From assembly GCA_035945675.1 (NCBI GenBank), contig DASZAB010000108.1, positions 48,564 through 112,563 on the forward strand: DNA of 64,000 nucleotides, given 5' to 3'. This DNA is from Verrucomicrobiia bacterium. Lineage in GTDB: Bacteria; Verrucomicrobiota; Verrucomicrobiia; Limisphaerales; UBA11358. Both the position numbers and the translations under genes were made by a program. The notes below the pieces were generated by a model. It made no database searches, was not told the origin of the DNA, and worked only from the letters and a program-made list of their open reading frames with translations. Positions within the stretch are counted from its first letter, which is position 1; the number at the start of each line of letters is the position of its first letter. Positions 39,530 to 48,161 of the stretch are shown here, piece after piece.

Positions 39530-39736
39530 ATGAATAAAATTATTTCTCTGGCTCTGCTCATCGGTGGAGTCGTACTCATGGTCATCGGCATCAACGCCAC
39601 GAACTCTTTCAGTTCCGACGTGTCCCGATTCTTTAGCGGCTCGCCGACCGACAAGGCCATCTGGATGCTCATCGGGGGCACCGTTGCCGCCGTCATTGGC
39701 CTGGTGTCCATGTTGCGCAGTTGGAAGCAAGCCTGA
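39530..39736 (+). CDS. DUF3185 family protein
   Basis: SFSSDVSRFFSGSPTDKAIWMLIGG. Confidence 0.88.
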   Translation: MNKIISLALLIGGVVLMVIGINATNSFSSDVSRFFSGSPTDKAIWMLIGGTVAAVIGLVSMLRSWKQA

Positions 39737-39826
39737 GTGCGCTCATGTGATTTGCCGTTGCTGCCCGAACCGTTGGCGGGCAGGCGCAACGGTCCGAAAC
39801 CACACCCGCCAACCAGGAATGAACAA

Positions 39827-40282
39827 ATGCATGCGTTGAAACGCTGGAATCGGTTGAAAGACCTGGAAGCCTTCCAACACGGTCTGGAAAGTCTTTTAGG
39901 CCGCCCTTCGGGTCACGGGCCTGAGGGTCAAGAGGAACCCATGGCGGTGGCCGAATGGTCCCCGCTGGTGGACATCAGCGAGGACGACAAGGAATATCTG
40001 ATCAAGGCCGAGTTGCCGGATGTAAAGAAAGAGGACGTGAAGGTCACGGCACAGGAAGGCACGCTCACCATCATGGGCGAACGCAAATTCGAGAAGGAGG
40101 AGAAAAGCAGAAAGTATCACCGCGTCGAACGCGCCTACGGCACTTTTGGACGTAGCTTCTCGCTCCCGGATGATGCCAGCCCCGCGAAGGTCAGCGCCGA
40201 ATTCAAAGATGGCGTGCTCACGGTGCATCTCGTGAAGGACGAAAAAGCCAAACCCCGGCAAGTCGAGGTGAAGGTTTCCTGA
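39827..40282 (+). CDS. Hsp20/alpha-crystallin small heat-shock protein
   Basis: WSPLVDISE, AELP, ERAYGTFGRSFSLP, AEFKDGVL. Confidence 0.94.
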   Translation: MHALKRWNRLKDLEAFQHGLESLLGRPSGHGPEGQEEPMAVAEWSPLVDISEDDKEYLIKAELPDVKKEDVKVTAQEGTLTIMGERKFEKEEKSRKYHRVERAYGTFGRSFSLPDDASPAKVSAEFKDGVLTVHLVKDEKAKPRQVEVKVS

Positions 40283-40288
40283 ACGAAG

Positions 40289-41695
40289 ATGCGACTTTAC
40301 CTGATCAATCCCTCCAATCCGCTGGTCAGCATCCTTAATGTCAGCGAGAGCCGGTGGAACCGTTACCGGGTGTGGAAACCCCTCAGCCTGATGGTGCTGG
40401 CGGGGCTGACGCCGCCGGACTGGGAAATCACCATCGTGGACGAGAACCTCGGCCTGCCGGACTATCACTCCATGACCCGGCCGGATTTGGTAGGCATCAC
40501 CGCGTTCACGTCGCAGGCGAACCGCGCTTATCAGGTGGCGGCGCATTTCCGGAGTTTGGGCGTGCCGGTTGTCATGGGTGGTATTCATGCGACCATGTGC
40601 CTGGATGAGGTCAGGGAACGTGTGGACTCGGTCGTCACCGGGGAAGCGGAGAGTATTTGGACGCAGGTCCTTGACGGTACCCGGCGCGGCGACCTCAAGC
40701 GCCAATACGACGGAGGACATCCCGACATCAACCATTTTGTGCCCGCCCGCCACGATTTGCTTTCAGGGCGCTATGCCTTCGGAGCCATCCAGACCACGCG
40801 CGGCTGTCCGCTGAGCTGCAACTTCTGCAGCGTGACGACGTTCAATGGCGCGCAATACCGGCAGCGGCCGGTCATGGAGGTCGTGCGTGAATTCCAATCA
40901 ATCCCGGAGAAACGGGTTCTGGTGGTCGACGACAACCTCATCGGGACGCGCCCGGACCATGTTGCCCGGGCCAAGGAGTTGTTCCGCGCCCTGGCGGCGG
41001 CGAACCTGCACAAGCAATGGATTGCCCAGGCCACCATCAATTTCGCCGACGACGAAGAACTCCTGGCATTGGCTGCAAAGGCCGGCTGCCGGGGCGTCTT
41101 CATCGGCTTTGAGTCTCCCACGCCCGAAGGGCTTCGGGAACTCGGCAAGAAGTTCAACCTGACAAAGGGCCGGGACTTCCCCGCCTCGGTTCGGTGCATC
41201 CAGCGGCACAAAATTCTGGTCGTGGGTTCCTTTATCATCGGTTTGGATGTTGACGAACCGGGCATTGGTAAACGGATCGCCGAAGCGGCCGGCCAATATG
41301 GCGTGGACACTCTCAACACGCTGTTTCTGACGCCACTGCCCGGCACGCGCTTGTGGGACCAGATGAAGTCGGAGGAGCGCATTGCCCTCGATCTGTTTCC
41401 GGAAGATTGGAAATACTACACGCTGACGTTTCCAGTGGCGCGGTATAAACATTTCTCTCGCGAGGACATCATCCAGGAAATGATTGCCTGCAACCAGCGC
41501 TTCTATTCCCTGCCGCGCATTCTGCGCCGGGTATGGAACAGCTTTCGGGAAGGCCGCCATCCACTGTTGAGCCTCGTGGGCAATCTTTCTTACCGGAACA
41601 ACAGCCGCGTGGACAGCAGGACTTACGCGGACTTCCAGCGTCAGCCGCGCCATTTTTCCGGCACAAGCCGAATGCAACTGCAAACCCAGGTCTGA
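40289..41695 (+). CDS. cobalamin-binding radical SAM protein
   Basis: N-terminal B12-type domain (GGIHA..GEAE); TRGCPLSCNFC. Confidence 0.9.
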   Translation: MRLYLINPSNPLVSILNVSESRWNRYRVWKPLSLMVLAGLTPPDWEITIVDENLGLPDYHSMTRPDLVGITAFTSQANRAYQVAAHFRSLGVPVVMGGIHATMCLDEVRERVDSVVTGEAESIWTQVLDGTRRGDLKRQYDGGHPDINHFVPARHDLLSGRYAFGAIQTTRGCPLSCNFCSVTTFNGAQYRQRPVMEVVREFQSIPEKRVLVVDDNLIGTRPDHVARAKELFRALAAANLHKQWIAQATINFADDEELLALAAKAGCRGVFIGFESPTPEGLRELGKKFNLTKGRDFPASVRCIQRHKILVVGSFIIGLDVDEPGIGKRIAEAAGQYGVDTLNTLFLTPLPGTRLWDQMKSEERIALDLFPEDWKYYTLTFPVARYKHFSREDIIQEMIACNQRFYSLPRILRRVWNSFREGRHPLLSLVGNLSYRNNSRVDSRTYADFQRQPRHFSGTSRMQLQTQV

Positions 41696-41701
41696 ACGAA
41701 C

Positions 41702-42133
41702 ATGAAAACCACCGTTCGCTATCTCAGCCTCAACGCCCAGGCGACCTGGCACCGCCAAGTGGAGGAACAACTCAAACACCTGCACCGCTTGACGGCGATA
41801 ACCTCCGCCGACGTGGTCCTCGAACACCAACGGGAAGCCAAACCGGCTTTTCGCGTGCAAGTCCGGCTGGAGGTCCCCGGGCCGGGCACGCACGTCAAGG
41901 CCACCCGCCATACACGAGAGGCCGCGCAGCTGGTTCATGGCCCGGCCCTGCACGCCGAGGCCAGAGACAACACGCTCGAAGCCGCGCTGCTCAAGGCCAC
42001 CCAGGACCTGGAGCACCAGGTTCAAGCCCACCAACTCAGGCGCCGGGAACGGGGCAAAAGCAAACTGCAGCTCAGCCCCGTTTCCAGCCGGTGGACCACC
42101 GTTCAGACCGGCCAAAGGCGAAGCCGTCGATGA
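41702..42133 (+). CDS. HPF/RaiA-like ribosome-associated protein
   Basis: VEEQLKHL...VRLEVPG...LHAEA...LEAALLKATQDLEHQ fold pattern. Confidence 0.65.
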   Translation: MKTTVRYLSLNAQATWHRQVEEQLKHLHRLTAITSADVVLEHQREAKPAFRVQVRLEVPGPGTHVKATRHTREAAQLVHGPALHAEARDNTLEAALLKATQDLEHQVQAHQLRRRERGKSKLQLSPVSSRWTTVQTGQRRSRR

Positions 42134-42495
42134 ATCCTGCGGTCATGAAAACGAACGAATCCAAAGGAAATGACTCCATGAAACTGAAACGTATTCCCAC
42201 GGCGAGAAACCGTGAACGCGTGCCGGACCGCGCAGCCAAACCAACGCGGCGAACGGGCCGGAGGGGGGCACTCCCGGGAGCTGGCGGTCCGGAACGCTTT
42301 CGGCGTTTGAAATGGAATGAAGTGGTGTTGCGTGGTGACTTCGTCGCCAGTGAACACCGAGAATTTGAACCGTGGGAAGGGCCGGGCGGATTCCGAGCCG
42401 ACACATTTGTGAAACCGATTTACCGGAGGAGGGAAACCGGAAGGTTCCGAGCGACGGCAACCGGAAGATCAAATCGCAACACAAATAATCCTTGA
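42130..42495 (+). CDS. basic hypothetical protein
   Basis: ATGA overlap with the previous gene (alternative start 42178); conserved-looking core FEPWEGPGGFRADTFVKPIYR. Confidence 0.55.
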   Translation: MNPAVMKTNESKGNDSMKLKRIPTARNRERVPDRAAKPTRRTGRRGALPGAGGPERFRRLKWNEVVLRGDFVASEHREFEPWEGPGGFRADTFVKPIYRRRETGRFRATATGRSNRNTNNP

Positions 42496-42734
42496 AACTT
42501 ATCGGTCATGCCACCGCGCAACCGCCCTGCCGCAGCCCGCTGCTCGCTGACGAATTTGTCCCCCCGTGACCAGGACTCGCAATTGGCACTGGAACATCGA
42601 GACTGCAGAAGGACACAATCCATGAAAGCAAAAATATTCGAAGTTGTTCTGAGATTTTTCCAACGATTCGCAACTGCGCACGAGGCAGCGAACTGAACGA
42701 ACACGCTGCGCAACGCGGACCGGCAGCAACCGCT

Positions 42735-43172
42735 TCACTTTTCCAGTTTGGCGTTCATCGAGATGTTGGCGCGCAACGAACGTGAAACCAGACAGTTGGT
42801 TTTGGCGCGGACCGTGGCATCAATGAATTTGCCTTGAGTCATTTTGGGCAGCCGGGCGACAACGTTCAGATGGATATTCATGATGGTCCAACCTGCCGCG
42901 AGGAATTCCAGGGTCACCGTCGCCGAAGTGACAATTTCGCCCGCCGCAACCGCTTTCAATCCCAGTTCATTCGACAACGCCAGGGAAAAACTGCTCGCGT
43001 GAGCGGCGGCAATCAGTTCAGCGGGATCGGTATTGGAACCGTTATTTTTGAGCGGGGTGCCCAGGGAGAATTTGGCCTGCTTCAGCACTCCGCTCTCGGT
43101 CGTCACCGCGCGGGTGCCGCCTTTGGAGCCGCCTTTCCAATGGACCGAAGCCTTCCGAATAATCAGGTTCAT
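42735..43172 (-). CDS. osmC: OsmC family protein (first catalytic Cys replaced by Ser)
   Basis: RKASVHWKG, TTESGVL, DPAELIAAAHASSFSLAL, AKTNCLVS. Confidence 0.85.
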   Translation of the reverse strand: MNLIIRKASVHWKGGSKGGTRAVTTESGVLKQAKFSLGTPLKNNGSNTDPAELIAAAHASSFSLALSNELGLKAVAAGEIVTSATVTLEFLAAGWTIMNIHLNVVARLPKMTQGKFIDATVRAKTNCLVSRSLRANISMNAKLEK

Positions 43173-43204
43173 CAGGACATTTTCGGACCGGAACCGGGAA
43201 TGAA

Positions 43205-43244
43205 CCAATACTTTGTTTCTTGGGTGTCCATGCTTTTGAGCTAT
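43205..43244 (-). promoter_or_regulatory. LysR-type operator, copy 1 (faces osmC)
   Basis: Minus strand ATAGCTCAAAAGCAT-GG...AAACAAAGTATTGG; same 40-nt layout as 44362 and 46047. Confidence 0.65.
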
Positions 43245-43342
43245 GAAGCTGAACGAACGCAGTTCCAGTTCCGGGTCCCCGCCAGGATGCGTCCGTTTGT
43301 CATTGTGACTCTGGTGAGGAAACGCTAAATTACAGCTGCACT

Positions 43343-44245
43343 ATGGAACTGCGCCATCTGCGATATTTCGTGGCAGTGGCCGAGGAATTAAACTTCACCC
43401 GGGCGGCCGGGAAACTGCATCTAGCGCAGCCGTCGCTCACCCGCCAGATTCACAATCTGGAGGAAGAACTGGGCGTCCGCCTGCTGGACCGGACCAAAAA
43501 CCAGGTTTCCTTGACGGAAGAAGGGCGAAGTTTCCTGGTGGATGCCCGGCGGCTGGTGGCGTTGAGTCTGGAGAGCGTGAAGGCCGTTCAGCGATTCAGC
43601 CGGGGCGAATCCGGCCAACTGAACCTGGGCTATCTGTTCAAATTCAATTTTGACCTCCTGCCGGCAACGCTGGCGACGTTTTATCAAACCTGTCCCGAAA
43701 TTGCCGTGAACCTGTTTGACATGTCGCCGGCGGAACAGCTTCGCGCCCTGGAAGGGCGGAAGATTGATTTGGGTTTTGTCGGTCTGCGCCCGCCGGCCGC
43801 CAACAAAAACATGGCTGCGCTGCACTGGGAGTGTGTCGCCCGTCACCATGTGGTCGTCGTTTTGCCGGCCCGTCATCCGCTGGCGAAAAAGAGCAAAATT
43901 CCGACGAGGGATCTCAAGTCGCTGTTCTTTGTCGCCATGTCTGAAGAGACTCATCCCGGCTCACGCGACTGGTTGACCGGCCTTTGCCAGCAGGCGGGGT
44001 TTGCCCCCAGGATTTTGCAGGATGTGGACCTCGAATCCGGCATTATGACCTTCGTCGCGGAGGGGTTGGGAGTGACCCTGGCGCGCGAGCAGATCAAGAA
44101 TTTGCCCCATCCCGGCGTGGTTTTTCGCCCGCTGGCGGCGGCGGCGAAGGCCGACTACTGGATTGCGTGGCACCGCGAGAACCGGTCCAAGGCCCTTAGC
44201 CAATATATTGGGATTGTAAAAAACCAGGCAGCCCTTTCGCATTGA
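43343..44245 (+). CDS. LysR family transcriptional regulator (BenM/AlsR-like)
   Basis: MELRHLRYFVAVAEELNFTRAA..AQPSLTRQI..LEEELG. Confidence 0.95.
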   Translation: MELRHLRYFVAVAEELNFTRAAGKLHLAQPSLTRQIHNLEEELGVRLLDRTKNQVSLTEEGRSFLVDARRLVALSLESVKAVQRFSRGESGQLNLGYLFKFNFDLLPATLATFYQTCPEIAVNLFDMSPAEQLRALEGRKIDLGFVGLRPPAANKNMAALHWECVARHHVVVVLPARHPLAKKSKIPTRDLKSLFFVAMSEETHPGSRDWLTGLCQQAGFAPRILQDVDLESGIMTFVAEGLGVTLAREQIKNLPHPGVVFRPLAAAAKADYWIAWHRENRSKALSQYIGIVKNQAALSH

Positions 44246-44361
44246 ATCCGCCCGGCGCAGTTGATTACGGCGTTCAGGTTGTCCTCGTCTGCAAGTGCCG
44301 GGACAGTTTGCACCCTTCTGCTGATTCTCCCAAGACCCGGTTGTCTGCCCATCAAAACTTT

Positions 44362-44401
44362 ATAGCCGCAAGCTATGGGCGCAATGCAAACAAAGTATTG
44401 G
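44362..44401 (+). promoter_or_regulatory. LysR-type operator, copy 2
   Basis: ATAG-N7-CTAT, 7 nt, ATGC-N7-GTAT, TGG. Confidence 0.7.
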
Positions 44402-44543
44402 CTGCGGGCCGGCCCGGCGCACGAGAATAAGCTGAAACTGAACTCCGTCTTCAACGCCGGGATCATTCGTGAAGAAATGGCCCGCACCGATTGGCCGGGG
44501 CAAATCCCCGGCGGAGTCGTTTATAGAAAGGTCAGGTTGCCTG

Positions 44544-46016
44544 ATGAAAATCTTGCTGGTCTATCCTGAAACGCCGGACACGTTCTGGAGTTTCAAACAC
44601 GTGCTGCGATTCATTTCCAAACGCGCCGCCTTCCCGCCCCTGGGGCTCCTCACCATCGCGGCCATGCTCCCGGGCGATTGGGAACTGCGATTGGTGGACA
44701 CCAATGTGGAGCGGTTAAAAGATGATGATCTGCGCTGGGCGGATTATGTAATGATCAGCGCGATGATCGTTCACAAGGAGTCGGTCAACGAAATCGTGGG
44801 GCGTTGCCGCAAGCTGTCGAAGGCGATCATCGCCGGCGGACCGCTTTTTACCACCGGACACGCGGCCTTTCCACAAATCCAGCATTTCGTCCTGGGTGAA
44901 GCGGAGGAAATCATGTCCCAACTGATCGAGGACATGAAGATGGGAACGCTGCGCCATTCCTATCAGGCACCCGGCCGGCCCGACATCACCCGGGTGCCCG
45001 TGCCGCGTTACGACCTGATTGATTTCCGGCACTACGCCACCATGGCCGTGCAGTTCTCGCGCGGCTGCCCTTACGATTGCGAGTTCTGCGACATCATCGT
45101 GATGAACGGACGCGTGCCCCGGACCAAGTCACCCGCCCAACTGGTGAATGAACTCGAAGCGCTGCGCGGGCGCGGCTGGAAGGACACGGTGTTCATCGTG
45201 GACGACAATTTCATCGGCAACAAAAAACTGACCAAGGGGCTGCTGCGGGAAATGATTTCGTGGCGGAACCGCGTCCAGGCCGAAATGGGCTTTTTCACCG
45301 AGGCGTCGGTGAACCTCGCCGACGACGCCGAACTCTGCGAACTGATGGTCCGGGCCGGATTCAAAAAAGTTTTCCTCGGCATCGAAACGCCGTCCGCCGA
45401 AAGCCTCGAAGAATGCCGCAAGCTCCAAAACCGCGGTCGCGACCTGGTGGAGACCGTGAAGACCCTGCAACGGTTCGGCATGGAGGTCATGGGCGGGTTC
45501 ATCATCGGCTTCGACAACGACCAGCACGACATTTTCAAGCGGCAGTTCGAGTTCATCCAGCGCTCCGGCGTGGTGAGCGCGATGGTCGGACTGTTGACCG
45601 CGCTTCCCGAGACCCGGCTTTATCGGCGGCTGCTGAAGGAAGGGCGGATTGAAACGGAAACCACCGGCAACAACACCGAGGCCGTGCTCAATTTCAAACC
45701 GAAATTAAACCGGGAATTTCTGGTGAGCGGCTACCGCGACTTGATGAAGAAGCTTTACGAACCGCGCACGTATTACCAGAGGATTCGGACCTTTCTCAAA
45801 GACTATCGCCCCAGCGGCCCCCATCTCCGGCTCTCGTGGTGCGATGTCCAGGCGTTCCTGAAGTCATTCTGGCTGCTGGGAATCTGGTATCGGGGTCGCA
45901 CCGCCTACTGGCGGTTTTTCTGGAGCACGCTGCTGCGCCGGCCACGGCAATTCCGCAGTGCCATTGAATTGGCGATCATCGGCTGCCATTTCCGTCGGGT
46001 GGCGAGCCGGCTTTGA
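44544..46016 (+). CDS. cobalamin-binding radical SAM protein (DUF4070 type)
   Basis: YPETPDTFWSF, PPLGLLT, SRGCPYDCEFC, FTEAS. Confidence 0.9.
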   Translation: MKILLVYPETPDTFWSFKHVLRFISKRAAFPPLGLLTIAAMLPGDWELRLVDTNVERLKDDDLRWADYVMISAMIVHKESVNEIVGRCRKLSKAIIAGGPLFTTGHAAFPQIQHFVLGEAEEIMSQLIEDMKMGTLRHSYQAPGRPDITRVPVPRYDLIDFRHYATMAVQFSRGCPYDCEFCDIIVMNGRVPRTKSPAQLVNELEALRGRGWKDTVFIVDDNFIGNKKLTKGLLREMISWRNRVQAEMGFFTEASVNLADDAELCELMVRAGFKKVFLGIETPSAESLEECRKLQNRGRDLVETVKTLQRFGMEVMGGFIIGFDNDQHDIFKRQFEFIQRSGVVSAMVGLLTALPETRLYRRLLKEGRIETETTGNNTEAVLNFKPKLNREFLVSGYRDLMKKLYEPRTYYQRIRTFLKDYRPSGPHLRLSWCDVQAFLKSFWLLGIWYRGRTAYWRFFWSTLLRRPRQFRSAIELAIIGCHFRRVASRL

Positions 46017-46046
46017 GCCGGCAGCGGAATTCGCGCGTGCAGCGCC

Positions 46047-46086
46047 ATAGCCGCCCCCTATGGGCGTGATGCCAACAAGGTATTGG
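46047..46086 (+). promoter_or_regulatory. LysR-type operator, copy 3
   Basis: ATAGCCGCCCCCTAT-GGGCGTG-ATGCCAACAAGGTAT-TGG. Confidence 0.7.
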
Positions 46087-46142
46087 CCGGTTTCACCCTT
46101 AAGTGGGACTGTCTACGCAGAGGAATCCGACCGGAAACGATT

Positions 46143-47291
46143 ATGCCCGCAGCGACACTTAAATCACTCCACACGTACCTCCGACTGCTCGAGAACGCAT
46201 CGGAACTGAAAAGGAAGATGCCGACTTCCTCCAGCCAAAGGAGCGTGAAGGAAGGTTTGTGGGAGATCAGCCGGCTCGTCGAGATCGACCAGGCCGTGTT
46301 TAAGGACCCGCAAAACATTGCGGCCGCAATCGGTTCCCAGCGGTTCGTCATGATCTGGGGAGAACCTTCCGTCACCGACCAGGTTGCCCGCATTTTCGAC
46401 AGTTCGAAGGTGCTTTTAACCGTGCTGATCGACCCCGGACATTTTCAGACGGCAACCGCCGCGCAACCGGGATCAACCCCGGGGTCCGTCCCAAGGCAGA
46501 CTACGGCAAAGTCCCTTTCCACGGGCTGGGCTCAATCCAAAACCGAATCGCCCGGAGCTGCGGGCCGGATGAACGCCGACCACGAACGGGCGATCGAGAG
46601 CCTGAAACCGCTGCTGGCAGGAAACAGCACGCTGACCTGTCGGCTTTTCCGGGTTCTGTTCGAGCATCTGTTGGGATTCGCGTCGTCATCCGACGATCAG
46701 CAGGGAAGTGCCAGCCTCGTGAACGAGCTGGTCGGCAGCAAAGAGCACGGCCGGTCTTTTCTCGCCACGGCGCTGTTCATCCTGGGAGCAGAAATTGATC
46801 GCGAGCATTTGATGTCATTCCTGCTGGAGCAGGGTCTCTTCGGCATGCAGATATTTGAACATCTCCTGAAAAACCGGGATTATTGTGACGCCTACTATAC
46901 GTTTAGAAGACTCGAAAAGGCGTTCATGGCATCGCCCGCCGAAGAGGAAAAGCAACTCAAGGACCGGCTCGACAAGTTCAACGCGCAATTCGGAGGAAAA
47001 CCCTATGGCGCGAAGCTCTTCGAGGCCGAGGAACCAGACAAGACCAAGATCGATGCTTACCTGGCGGCCGCCGATCTCCTCGAAGCGATGGCGTTCACGC
47101 CCTGGGGCATGAGCCTGACCAATGCGGTTTCCGCCAGTTCATCGAATTTGATTCGATTCCTGAGAATCCTGGCCGGCCATTTCGAGCGTTTCGCCCACGG
47201 AGCCGAAACCAAAGAACAGGCCAACCGGGAGATGGGTGACCATCTCCTCGCCTTTGCCCGGCAGTTTTCCGCTGACAGCAAAGCGGGGTAG
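46143..47291 (+). CDS. hypothetical protein
   Basis: Long open frame with helical, protein-like composition; no family recognised. Confidence 0.7.
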   Translation: MPAATLKSLHTYLRLLENASELKRKMPTSSSQRSVKEGLWEISRLVEIDQAVFKDPQNIAAAIGSQRFVMIWGEPSVTDQVARIFDSSKVLLTVLIDPGHFQTATAAQPGSTPGSVPRQTTAKSLSTGWAQSKTESPGAAGRMNADHERAIESLKPLLAGNSTLTCRLFRVLFEHLLGFASSSDDQQGSASLVNELVGSKEHGRSFLATALFILGAEIDREHLMSFLLEQGLFGMQIFEHLLKNRDYCDAYYTFRRLEKAFMASPAEEEKQLKDRLDKFNAQFGGKPYGAKLFEAEEPDKTKIDAYLAAADLLEAMAFTPWGMSLTNAVSASSSNLIRFLRILAGHFERFAHGAETKEQANREMGDHLLAFARQFSADSKAG

Positions 47292-47323
47292 TTTTCACAA
47301 TGCGGCATGAAGAAGCCATTAAT

Positions 47324-47500
47324 ATGTATCTATTGAGGTTCATTTGTGTAACGATCATCCAGGCGATCAGGCAGGTTTGGTTGCTTCCTCACGCGGTCGC
47401 GAATGCCGCCAAGCAAAGGCGAGCGCAGGCGGTTCGAAACGAACTTGAAGCCGAACGGCTCGACCGGATACGCAACCCGTCCAAGTATCTGGGGAAATGA
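47324..47500 (+). CDS. small hypothetical protein (...EAERLDRIRNPSKYLGK)
   Basis: The C-terminus is conserved in a relic at 9146-9199, which supports coding status. Confidence 0.7.
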   Translation: MYLLRFICVTIIQAIRQVWLLPHAVANAAKQRRAQAVRNELEAERLDRIRNPSKYLGK

Positions 47501-47545
47501 TTGGGAATTCGATCCGGGAGAACGGGTTAAAAAGCCCATTTTAAA

Positions 47546-47887
47546 ATGAACATTACGCACAACAAAGTCTACGTCGATAATCTGGCCGCGGTGACGACGG
47601 AAAGGGAACTCAGGGATCTGTTTTCCCCTTTCGGCAACGTGGCGGAGGTGAATATCGCGGTGGACCGGGTCCATCATAAGTCGCGCGGCTTCGGTTTCGT
47701 GACCATGGCCACGTCCGAAGGTGCCCGATCCGCCATTCAAGCGCTCAACGGCAAGGCGGTGGGAACCTGCACCCTCACGGTAAGCGAAGCGTGGCCGCAC
47801 GAACAACGCACCGGCTCGTCCGGTGGCGCCGAAGTCCCCGCCGCGGCCCAGGGGGATCTCGTGGACTTTAAAGACACCCCAACCTGA
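47546..47887 (+). CDS. RRM RNA-binding protein
   Basis: RNP2 VYVDNL, RNP1 RGFGFVTM. Confidence 0.9.
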   Translation: MNITHNKVYVDNLAAVTTERELRDLFSPFGNVAEVNIAVDRVHHKSRGFGFVTMATSEGARSAIQALNGKAVGTCTLTVSEAWPHEQRTGSSGGAEVPAAAQGDLVDFKDTPT

Positions 47888-47926
47888 GCGTGCGACCGTT
47901 CAAACGCTCCCAATGAAAGAACCTGT

Positions 47927-48136
47927 ATGCGACGCCCCAAAGGCACCAGAACCAGAAAATCAGTAGCCAAACGTTTCAAAATTACCGGCACCGGCAAAGT
48001 CCTCTTCCGCGGCGCCGGCCGGCGCCACTTGCTGCAAGGCAAAAATTCCAAACGCCGCCGGTCTCTGCGAAAGGCGGCCCTCGCCGGAGCCGCAGACATT
48101 TACCGAATCAGACAGAACCTCCCGTTCAGTCATTAA
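47927..48136 (+). CDS. rpmI: 50S ribosomal protein L35
   Basis: TRKSVAKRFKITGTGKV...GRRHLL..KNSKRRRSLR. Confidence 0.92.
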   Translation: MRRPKGTRTRKSVAKRFKITGTGKVLFRGAGRRHLLQGKNSKRRRSLRKAALAGAADIYRIRQNLPFSH

Positions 48137-48161
48137 CACCGGCTGCGTGACTCGCCAAGTT

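Noticed and set aside
40289..46016. Radical SAM genes as tailoring enzymes of the BGC
   Set aside because: They sit in separately regulated stress operons; nothing in the sequence ties them to the assembly line.
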